From Coriobacteriia bacterium (lineage in GTDB: Bacteria > Actinomycetota > Coriobacteriia > WRKU01 > WQUG01), in the NCBI GenBank assembly GCA_009779395.1, contig WREJ01000001.1:1-25428 (forward strand): 25,428 bases of DNA. The letters run 5' to 3'. Shown here piece by piece: positions 18,102-25,428 of the stretch. Positions within the stretch are counted from its first letter, which is position 1. The number at the start of each line of letters is the position of its first letter. Position numbers and translations under genes: made by a program. Under the pieces are notes generated by a model. That model was not told the origin of the DNA. It searched no databases and saw only the letters and a list, made by a program, of their open reading frames with translations.

Positions 18102-18569
18102 TCAGTCGGCTGGCGTGGCGGCAGATTTGGCAGCAGAGCTTGTGGTAGCGGGATTGGGACGCTTTGCGACAGGACGGATGACCTGACTCAGCACCAGATT
18201 ACCCAGATAGTCATTAACAATGACGTCCAGTTCTTGGAGTGCTGTCTTGACAGCACAGGATGCTTCGTTTTCGCACCAACCCTCTTCTTTTGCACAGCGC
18301 GAGCAGATGGGCTTGCCCTGTCCAACGATGATTATGTCAAGCAGCGAAATCTGGTTTGCTGGACGCGAAAGTTCGGCACCACCACGGGCACCACGAGTCA
18401 CCTTGACCAGACCAGCATTGGCTAGGTCATAGGTAATGCGGCGCGCAAACTGATAGGGAATCGCATCACATTGAGCGATTTCACGCACCGAGATTGGTTT
18501 GCCAGAGCCGTTTTCGGCAATCGCACGCATGATTCTAATTGCATAGTCAGTTCTACGAGTAATAAGCAT
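18102..18569 (-). CDS. Rrf2 family transcriptional regulator with C-X2-C-X6-C-X5-C
   Basis: TDYAIR, ISVREIA, LANAGLVKVTRGARGG, RPANQISLLDII; Cys89, 92, 99, 105. Confidence 0.92.
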   Translation of the reverse strand: MLITRRTDYAIRIMRAIAENGSGKPISVREIAQCDAIPYQFARRITYDLANAGLVKVTRGARGGAELSRPANQISLLDIIIVGQGKPICSRCAKEEGWCENEASCAVKTALQELDVIVNDYLGNLVLSQVIRPVAKRPNPATTSSAAKSAATPAD

Positions 18570-18677
18570 AATACTTCAGAGCCTTTCTAAATCCGACGAC
18601 ATCACATTTTGCTAGGCAACCTATATGACGGCCGGTTAGATAATCCCTTACTAAATGCTACAGATTGCTTCACATTT

Positions 18678-18706
18678 ATGATACCACAGAATTAGCCATT
18701 CTTGAA
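18678..18706 (-). promoter_or_regulatory. Promoter for rrf2 (TTCAAG-N17-TATCAT with TG extension)
   Basis: TGGTATCAT at 18686-18678; weak -35 at 18706-18701. Confidence 0.5.
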
Positions 18707-18785
18707 ATAACCATTAAGCAGCAAATCCCCTGAAATGCTTAAAAATCGCGCCAAAAGTAGTTCTCTGCCTTACTCTTTCCCCCCC

Positions 18786-18811
18786 AAAAAAGAAGCTTTT
18801 TGCTGCTTTTT
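18786..18811 (-). terminator. Weak intrinsic terminator after the asnB-like gene
   Basis: AAAAAG-C-AGC / GCT-T-CTTTTT stem ending in a T run directly after the stop. Confidence 0.3.
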
Positions 18812-18812
18812 G

Positions 18813-20678
18813 TCAGGCTGTATCGCTTGTCTGCGCTATGAATGTTTCATGCCATACCAAGAAAATATACACAGCCCATACCTTGCGATAGGTATCTGCC
18901 GCATTCGACTGATGGTCGTCGATTAGCTGGTTCAGATAAGCAGTGTCAAAATACTGCCCTGCCACGTCGCTGCTAAAGGCCTCTCTGATCTGCTGGACGT
19001 ACTTTTCTTTGCGCAGCCAATCACGCAAAGGCACAGGAAAGCCTAACTTCTTTTTGCTGGCGGTGGCATCATCAATGTCACGGCGTGCAGCTGCCCGCAA
19101 GGATATCTTTGTGTCAGAGCGCGACACCTTGTCTTTTGCTGGTATCTGCCCTGCTAGCTTTGACACCTCTCTGTCAAGAAAGGGCGTCCTTATCTCGAGA
19201 GAATTTGCCATACTCATCTTGTCGGCCTTTAGCAAGATGTCACCTGTAGCCCAGACATTTAAGTCAACAGCCTGCATTCTGCTGACCGTTTCTGCACCAA
19301 GAGTCTGCGCGTAAAAGGGTGCGACTACTTCTTTTGGTGTGATGCTGTTGTTGTCAAGCAGTACCTTGTCCAGTTCTTGCGGGTCAAAGATAAAGTTTCC
19401 TGCCTGGAAATATCTCTGTTCAATGGGCTTTGCTCCGCGAATAAAGAAGTCCTTTCCTGGCGTGGCGTTTGGCAAAATACCTGCTGCCGCTGCTACACAT
19501 TTTCTGAGTGAGAGGGGAACTTTTTGGTAGTTGTCCATCCGCAAGCCATCGCGATAGGGATTGTAGCCTGCAAATAGTTCGTCTGCTCCCTCACCAGAAA
19601 ATGCCGCTTTGACCTGCTGACTTGCTTTGTTGCAGACAAAGTACAGCGACAGACAAGATGGGTCTGCCAGCGGTTCATCCAGGTGATACACAACCTTTTC
19701 GACGACAGAAAAGTAGCTGTCACTGGTGATTTCTGCAGCGTAGTTTTCCAGATTGTAGCGGCGCGCAAAGTCACGGGCAAAAGGCAGCTCGCTGTACTGG
19801 TCCTCGGCATATGCTGCACTGAAGGTTTTTGTGGGACTGATGTCATTGCTCAGTTTTGCCATATAGCTCGAATCAACACCACTCGACAAAAAGCTACCTA
19901 TCGCGACCTCTGCTGTTTGGTGGCAACGCAGGCTGTCTTTGAGGGTGCTGCTAATCTGCTGTACCCAGTAGTCAAAGCTCTTGCTGTAGTCGGGCGCAAA
20001 AGTATGGCAGTGATAGGCAGTAGTGGTCAGCCTCTCCTCTCTGAACTGAGGGTCCCTGAACTGAAAGTAAGAACCAGGGGCGAGCTTGAATACGTTTTTG
20101 AAGAGGGTGTCAGTACCTGGCACAAAGCCAAAGTTGAGGTAGGTCCCCAGTACAGCGGTGTTAAGCTGTGGTGTAAAGTTGGGGTGCTGGGCGAATGCCT
20201 TGATTTCGCTGGCAAACAGCAGGGCACCGTCACAGATATGGTAGTACAGCGGCTTGATGCCAAAGTAATCCCTTGCGCCAAACAGCTCGCGGGTTTTTAG
20301 GTCATAGATGACAAATGCCCACATGCCGCGGAGTTTGTCCAGCACATCTGGTCCATACTGCTCATAGCCAGCCAATACGACCTCGGCGGCAGTAGTGGTC
20401 GTAAAGCGGTGACCCTGGTCAATCAACTGTGCTTGTAGGTCTTGATGATTGTATATCTGACCGTCCAATACAATCAGCTTGTCTGCCGCAGCGTTAAAAA
20501 CGGGGCGCGTGGCATCTGTCTGGTCGCTGACCTGCAGCCCCCCAAAACCCAGTGCCAGATAGTCATCAAGGTAGGTCTCGCTGCTATCGGGTCCTCGGTG
20601 AGCAATCGCTGCAAGCATTGCATCAAGCACTGCTTCTCTGTTAGTCAGTTCTTTGGTAAATCCTACAAATCCCGACAC
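18813..20678 (-). CDS. AsnB-family amide ligase with degenerate glutaminase domain (starts MSGF, not MCGF)
   Basis: HRGPD, ARDYFGIKPLYY, FLSSGVDSS, SGEGADELFAGY, KADKMSMANSLEIRTPFLD, KKKLGFPVP; GTG start with SD. Confidence 0.9.
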   Translation of the reverse strand: MSGFVGFTKELTNREAVLDAMLAAIAHRGPDSSETYLDDYLALGFGGLQVSDQTDATRPVFNAAADKLIVLDGQIYNHQDLQAQLIDQGHRFTTTTAAEVVLAGYEQYGPDVLDKLRGMWAFVIYDLKTRELFGARDYFGIKPLYYHICDGALLFASEIKAFAQHPNFTPQLNTAVLGTYLNFGFVPGTDTLFKNVFKLAPGSYFQFRDPQFREERLTTTAYHCHTFAPDYSKSFDYWVQQISSTLKDSLRCHQTAEVAIGSFLSSGVDSSYMAKLSNDISPTKTFSAAYAEDQYSELPFARDFARRYNLENYAAEITSDSYFSVVEKVVYHLDEPLADPSCLSLYFVCNKASQQVKAAFSGEGADELFAGYNPYRDGLRMDNYQKVPLSLRKCVAAAAGILPNATPGKDFFIRGAKPIEQRYFQAGNFIFDPQELDKVLLDNNSITPKEVVAPFYAQTLGAETVSRMQAVDLNVWATGDILLKADKMSMANSLEIRTPFLDREVSKLAGQIPAKDKVSRSDTKISLRAAARRDIDDATASKKKLGFPVPLRDWLRKEKYVQQIREAFSSDVAGQYFDTAYLNQLIDDHQSNAADTYRKVWAVYIFLVWHETFIAQTSDTA

Positions 20679-20711
20679 GCTCTCTACCTTTACCTTCCCC
20701 CGAATTTCCTG

Positions 20712-21029
20712 CTACCAGATGGCAAGCGTCATAATACCAACGCACATCATTGTTGCAAGCATTATAAATAACAGACAGCCAATCACCAGTGCCCAGGAAA
20801 CCTTTGACTCGAATTCGCTCGACGTTGGCTTGTATTCCTGCCCCTGATAGGCAACTTTCCCCTGAAAGGGCTGGCTTTGATGGTAGGGAGTTTGCTGCGC
20901 TTCTTCAAGAAGAGCCTCGTCCACAACAGCAACATCGCCAGCACCAGCAGCAATCTTTGCTGCCTCGGCGGCGCGCCTTGCTGCGTTTTCTTTTGCCAGT
21001 TCTTCGCTAATGTAGATGTCATCACTCAT
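20712..21029 (-). CDS. Hypothetical 105-aa protein with a single C-terminal TM helix
   Basis: ATG 21029 with AAAGGA SD, overlapping the upstream stop; acidic/Ala-rich N-terminus; hydrophobic C-terminus ending ...TLAIW. Confidence 0.75.
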   Translation of the reverse strand: MSDDIYISEELAKENAARRAAEAAKIAAGAGDVAVVDEALLEEAQQTPYHQSQPFQGKVAYQGQEYKPTSSEFESKVSWALVIGCLLFIMLATMMCVGIMTLAIW

Positions 21030-22086
21030 GGTTCTCATCCTTTGTTTGTGCATTCTGTGGCAGGGCTGCCCTAAAGGGTGCCTTTTTTAAGGCAGGAATT
21101 GCTGTTTCAAGTTGTGTCCCGAGGGTGGCTGTCAGACTAGGAATCGGTTTTTCTAGCAGAGGAATGTCGGGTGCTTTTTGCAGCCACAGCTCCATACCCT
21201 TGCCCAGTGCCAGTGTTGATGCATAAGCAACCGCACATTTCAGCGGCAGGTTAAAGATACGCGACGTCCCTGCAAGCACGGTTCGCACCGCAGCACGCGA
21301 CGAATAAGCAGCTATGACAACAACAGCAGACTCGGCGACGCGAGAAAGCGTCAGATCCTCGCCGTAGATAAACGCCAACTGCAAGACCATCTTGATTTGG
21401 TTCATGGTCATCACCGGCAAATCTGCCCCCGGCACAAAAAAGACCGCAGCAATAATCGCGTTTTGGCGTGCGGTTGCCGTAATGGTCGAACTTGCTAGGG
21501 CGGGACGCATGAAGGCAAAATCAGCAGCTAAAGCCATACGATGCTCGCTTAAGTTGTCAGCAAACCAGTTTGCCATCTGCGTGGTCAGTAGCTCGTCTTT
21601 GCGAGCACTGGCAACGTCAAGAATGCTGATGTCATAGGCAGTAGCAGCGTCGTGGCGCAAGCCCTCTTCGAGGACGACCAGTGTTGGCAGACCCTGCTCA
21701 TGTGCTGCAGCAATCAGCTGCTGCGCACAGTCTGGGCCGTGAACTACAAAGACGGCAGCATCATAACTGACATGGTCGCTCAGGCTCATCTCGTCTTTGA
21801 TAACATGTACTAACACCCGTGTCTTTTCGCCAGCTGGCTTGAACAGTTGCACCAGGCAGTCAATGGTCGCATCAGCAAGGCGCGGATCGACAAACAATCC
21901 CAGCTTGAGGGTTTCGTTGCGCATTCCTAGGTAAGATTTCGCCTGATGCAGCAAACTGAGAGGCTGGACGGGCAAAGTCGCATAGCTTTTTTTGAAAATC
22001 GGCGCACCCGTCAGCGAGCCCAGTACACCCGAGTATTTTTGTAGGGTACTGACAGAACTCTGTAGTGAACTAAACGGTAATTTCAT
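21022..22086 (-). CDS. DUF697/YcjF-like membrane-associated protein
   Basis: PGADLPVMTMNQIKMVLQLAFIYG motif; start reset to ATG 22086 after GAGGAGGAG; overlaps the rodA end by 17 nt. Confidence 0.7.
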   Translation of the reverse strand: MKLPFSSLQSSVSTLQKYSGVLGSLTGAPIFKKSYATLPVQPLSLLHQAKSYLGMRNETLKLGLFVDPRLADATIDCLVQLFKPAGEKTRVLVHVIKDEMSLSDHVSYDAAVFVVHGPDCAQQLIAAAHEQGLPTLVVLEEGLRHDAATAYDISILDVASARKDELLTTQMANWFADNLSEHRMALAADFAFMRPALASSTITATARQNAIIAAVFFVPGADLPVMTMNQIKMVLQLAFIYGEDLTLSRVAESAVVVIAAYSSRAAVRTVLAGTSRIFNLPLKCAVAYASTLALGKGMELWLQKAPDIPLLEKPIPSLTATLGTQLETAIPALKKAPFRAALPQNAQTKDENHE

Positions 22087-23260
22087 GTGCTCCTCCTCTG
22101 GTGCGTGACAGGTATGGACGTCTGCTCCACACCGAGAACAGAACCCCACACGCAAGGATGTTAGTCACAATAGCAGATAAACCGTAACTCATAAAGGGCA
22201 GCGGGATTCCTGTAATGGGCATAAGTCCCATGGTCATGCCAATATTTTGCAGTATCTGAAAGGCCCACATACTGACAATACCCGCGCACAGCAGACTGCC
22301 GTAGAGGTCGCTGGAGGTACTACCAATCGCAAGGGCAATGACCAGCAAGGCGAGGTAGAGCCCCAGTAAAGCAGTAGTACCCACAAAGCCTGTCTCTTCG
22401 CCCAGTACGCTAAAGATATAGTCGGTCGAGCGTTCCGAAATAAAGTCGAGTTGTGATTGGGTGCCCTCGCCCAGACCCTTGCCGGTCATGCCCCCTGATC
22501 CTATGGCGATTTTCGACTGGTTTAAGTCATAGCCAGCACGATGCGGGTCAGCTGCACCTTGGTCTAAAAAGGCCGTCAGGCGCGTCAGCTGGTAGTTGCG
22601 AATCAGCAGGTGGTCACCCGGTCTGACGGTGTCATAGGTTAGGGAGTTTGCCCAAAACACCAGCGCGATTAATGCCGTACCACCCACTATCAGAGCCGTC
22701 ATATGGCGGGCTTTTGCTCCGCCGACAAACAGCATTCCTAGCATGATGATGATAAAGACCAGTGCCGTACCCAGGTCTGGTTGCGTCATCACAGCAAAAA
22801 AGGGAATCAGCGACAGACCAACAACCTTGCCAAAGGTACGCCAGTTATCGATACTGCCACCGTAGCGTGCAATAATGGCACCTAAAAGCAGTATCATCGC
22901 AATTTTTGCTGGCTCTGAGGGCTGCAGGCTGATACCGGTACCCGCTATACCAATCGAGCGATACACGCCAGCTGCTGTTGGCTGCCCAATCAGGGGAAGG
23001 CGCGGTGAAATCAGCAGGATGATGTTAATCAAAAAGAGGGGCATCAGCCAATCCTGCAGCTTGCGATAGTCAAACATCCAGGCAATTGCCATCAGGATAA
23101 GACCCAGGACAATGCCCTGGATTTGGCGCATCCAGCTGGCATCACCACGTACCGCCGTCTGCAAAAAGACAGCACCATAGGTGATAAGCAAGACCAGCAC
23201 AACCAGAAGCCCTGGATGCACCCATCTGTTAAAAGCACCTATGAAGTCAAATCTGCTCAC
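22070..23260 (-). CDS. rodA: SEDS peptidoglycan glycosyltransferase RodA
   Basis: LQPSEPAK, QPDLGTAL, YQLTRL, QSKIAIGSGG, TDYIFSVLGEETGF, GIPLPFMSYG; downstream of mrdA. Confidence 0.96.
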   Translation of the reverse strand: MSRFDFIGAFNRWVHPGLLVVLVLLITYGAVFLQTAVRGDASWMRQIQGIVLGLILMAIAWMFDYRKLQDWLMPLFLINIILLISPRLPLIGQPTAAGVYRSIGIAGTGISLQPSEPAKIAMILLLGAIIARYGGSIDNWRTFGKVVGLSLIPFFAVMTQPDLGTALVFIIIMLGMLFVGGAKARHMTALIVGGTALIALVFWANSLTYDTVRPGDHLLIRNYQLTRLTAFLDQGAADPHRAGYDLNQSKIAIGSGGMTGKGLGEGTQSQLDFISERSTDYIFSVLGEETGFVGTTALLGLYLALLVIALAIGSTSSDLYGSLLCAGIVSMWAFQILQNIGMTMGLMPITGIPLPFMSYGLSAIVTNILACGVLFSVWSRRPYLSRTRGGAHEITV

Positions 23261-23302
23261 TGCACCTTTCCTCGTCTGTTTTCTCGTTTGTCTAGCGTGT
23301 GC

Positions 23303-25219
23303 CTAGCGCGAATCGTCTGTTGCAAGAACCAATTCTACTTCTTGCCCAAACAGATGGGCAAAAATCTGGCGTACTGCCGGTCCTGCCACGGCTCCGCCGC
23401 CGCCAGCATGCTCGATAATGACCGCTGCAACGTACTGCGGATTGTCAGCAGGCGCGTAGCCAACAAACAGCGCGTGAGAGTCCTGGTCGCGCTCTCCTGT
23501 TACGGGGTCTCGGCGTCCGACCTCTGCTGTTCCCGTTTTGCCGGCTACCTGAATGGGAAAGCCACGAAAGGCGCTGCGCCCCGTACCGTCGGTGATAACA
23601 CGCCGCAGGGCACGCTGCACAATCAAGAACGCTTGGTCGCTGAACTCTGGCTGGTTTTCACTAAGAGTTGGTTCCATTTCACGGACAATCTCGCCACGAT
23701 TGTCACGAATCGAGTGCAAAATCTGTGGCTGCCACGCCGTGCCGCCGTTTGCAATGGGCACGTGCGAGTACGCAAGCTGCAAAGGTGTTGCCAGCATGTC
23801 GCCCTGCCCAATGGACAGGTTCACCGTGTCGCCTGGAACCCACTGCCGGTATTCGGGGAAGTCTCGGTTCCAGTATGCCTTCCATTCGGCGTCGGGAACA
23901 CGCCCACGCGTCTCGCCGGGCAGTGCTATGCCCGTACGCTCACCGTAACCAAAGGCACGCGCGGCAGCCTGGATTTCTTCGTCCTCGCGCAGATAAAAGG
24001 CACGTCCAGCCTCGTAAAAATAGACGTCACAGGAATGGATGGTGCTGGCGTACATGTCCATCCAGCCGTGTCCCGTGCGCAGCCAGCAACGCCAGGGCCA
24101 CTGTTCGCCAAATCCCGTCCAGGTACCCTCGCAGCGGAAGGACTTGCTGGGTTCCCAGTGTAGTTTGTCAACAATCGCAAAGGTCATAAACGACTTGAAA
24201 GTCGACGCTGGTGGGTACATTGACGAAATCGCGCGATTGGTCAGGGGGAAGTTTGAGTCTTCGTCGGTCAGCTCTGCCCAGCGTTCTTGCGGAATGCCGT
24301 CGATGAACTCTTCGGGGTAGTAGGTGGGCAAGTTCACCATGGCAAGAACTTCGCCGGTTCTGACGTCCATGACCACCGCGGAGCCTGCTTGGGCGTCGGT
24401 AAAACCGTTAGACTGTGCCGTGCGCAAGGCATCAGCTAGTGCCTGCTGTGCCACACGACTGACATCGATGCAGATAGTCAGATAGATGTCTTGACCAGCG
24501 GTTGGTTCGGTTTCTTCGATGACGCGCTGCAGGTGACCCTGCGCATTGACCTCGAGCACACGGGTGCCACGCACACCCTGCAAAATGTGTTCAAAAGCAC
24601 GCTCTGCGCCCGTCTTTCCTACGACGTCACTGGGAATATAGTCAGCAAATGCCGCCATATTTAGTTCTTTGTCCGAGATATTGCCCGCATAACCCAAAAC
24701 ATGCGCTGCCAGATTTCCCTCGGGGTACTGGCGCACGGCACGCGCCTCGATTTCGACACCGGCAAACTCGTTGCTGTGTTCGACCAAATACGACACCGTT
24801 GGCATAGGAACGTCAATCGCCAACAGACGCAAGTCAAGCGGTCCTTCTCGGGTGGTTGTCAGACGCGCAACCACCTCTTCGGGGCTCAGATCAAGCGTTT
24901 CTGCCAGGCGATGAACCCACTGCTGCTGACTGTCTGAGAGCTGGTCAAACTCCTCAAAATTTTTAATACGCAAAGCAGGAGCCATTACTGCCATCGTTGG
25001 GCGATTGGTGACCAGAGGATTGCCATTGCGGTCAAAAATGCGCCCGCGAATTGACGCCGTTGTCGAAAGGCGGCGCAGATTGTTGTCCGCGCGATTCTGA
25101 AAGTAGTCGTGCTGGATAATCTGCAGCGTCCACAGGCGAAAGGCCAGCACAACAACAATCACAATCACCATCACCAGCAGAACAAAGAGTCGGCGATTTA
25201 TGCGCGATTCTATGGTCAC
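23303..25219 (-). CDS. mrdA: Class B penicillin-binding protein 2
   Basis: N-terminal TM, RGRIFDRNG, STFK (SxxK), SCDVYFY, GKTGTAE; GTGA overlap with mreD. Confidence 0.96.
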   Translation of the reverse strand: MTIESRINRRLFVLLVMVIVIVVVLAFRLWTLQIIQHDYFQNRADNNLRRLSTTASIRGRIFDRNGNPLVTNRPTMAVMAPALRIKNFEEFDQLSDSQQQWVHRLAETLDLSPEEVVARLTTTREGPLDLRLLAIDVPMPTVSYLVEHSNEFAGVEIEARAVRQYPEGNLAAHVLGYAGNISDKELNMAAFADYIPSDVVGKTGAERAFEHILQGVRGTRVLEVNAQGHLQRVIEETEPTAGQDIYLTICIDVSRVAQQALADALRTAQSNGFTDAQAGSAVVMDVRTGEVLAMVNLPTYYPEEFIDGIPQERWAELTDEDSNFPLTNRAISSMYPPASTFKSFMTFAIVDKLHWEPSKSFRCEGTWTGFGEQWPWRCWLRTGHGWMDMYASTIHSCDVYFYEAGRAFYLREDEEIQAAARAFGYGERTGIALPGETRGRVPDAEWKAYWNRDFPEYRQWVPGDTVNLSIGQGDMLATPLQLAYSHVPIANGGTAWQPQILHSIRDNRGEIVREMEPTLSENQPEFSDQAFLIVQRALRRVITDGTGRSAFRGFPIQVAGKTGTAEVGRRDPVTGERDQDSHALFVGYAPADNPQYVAAVIIEHAGGGGAVAGPAVRQIFAHLFGQEVELVLATDDSR

Positions 25220-25428
25220 GCGATTCTCTTAACCGTATTGGGCTCGGTTTTCATCGCGCGCCGTAAAAATTTAGTCACGAGAGGAAAGACCAGTACCGCA
25301 ATACATACCGCATAGAGGGCTGCGGGGATAACTTTTGTGAAAAAGGCAGGGAAGAATTCGATGGGCAAGCCGAGGGCGACCAGTAAAATCAGGTATACAG
25401 TCTCTGCGATAAGGCTTGCGATGCCTAA
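25216..25428 (-). CDS. mreD: Rod shape-determining protein MreD, 3' part (truncated by the window)
   Basis: Manual translation LGIASLIAETVYLILLVALG...ALYAVCIAVLVFPLVTKFLRRAMKTEPNTVKRIA*; hydrophobic; coupled to mrdA. Confidence 0.75.
   Translation of the reverse strand, partial: LGIASLIAETVYLILLVALGLPIEFFPAFFTKVIPAALYAVCIAVLVFPLVTKFLRRAMKTEPNTVKRIA

Noticed and set aside
19683-20300. 205-aa + strand ORF
   Set aside because: Antisense to the asnB-like gene; no family signature
22087-22155. Cys-rich N-terminal extension of the DUF697 ORF (CSRC...CH)
   Set aside because: Lies inside rodA; the strong SD points to ATG 22086
23125-23135. GGCGCATCCAG match to the repeat family
   Set aside because: Inside rodA coding sequence (W-M-R) with no partner arm; likely chance
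23123-24189. Long + strand ORFs (346 aa, 173 aa, 131 aa)
   Set aside because: Antisense shadows of mrdA/rodA with no recognisable motifs

Overview
Mostly core chromosome of a bacterium that looks like an actinobacterium of class Coriobacteriia (inferred from gene order and protein style). Nearly all genes are on the minus strand; only groES-groEL is on plus. Left to right: coaD-rsmD-recG-degV(fakB)-fakA-asp23 operon; a 1030-aa orphan surface protein (RCC1 propeller, two Ig-like domains, two FctA/Spy0128-like pilin domains, VPPSG sorting signal); a class I aldolase / class II aldolase / DMT transporter operon; groESL; a long intergenic palindrome; polysaccharide deacetylase, YtxH, typA, a four-Cys Rrf2 regulator; then an elongasome operon (mreD partial, mrdA, rodA) extended by a DUF697 protein, a tail-anchored protein and an AsnB homologue. 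The strongest lead is that AsnB homologue: its glutaminase nucleophile and all four glutamine-binding residues are substituted while the ATP-dependent synthetase domain is intact, suggesting an amide ligase that uses another amine and may act on the cell wall. Other leads are a small palindromic repeat family, inverted repeats flanking the adhesin gene, a G13 tract in a 5' coding region, a probable CTG start and a half-CIRCE. No rRNA, tRNA, CRISPR, transposase or integrase was recognised. All family calls come from motif recognition by eye, not database searches.
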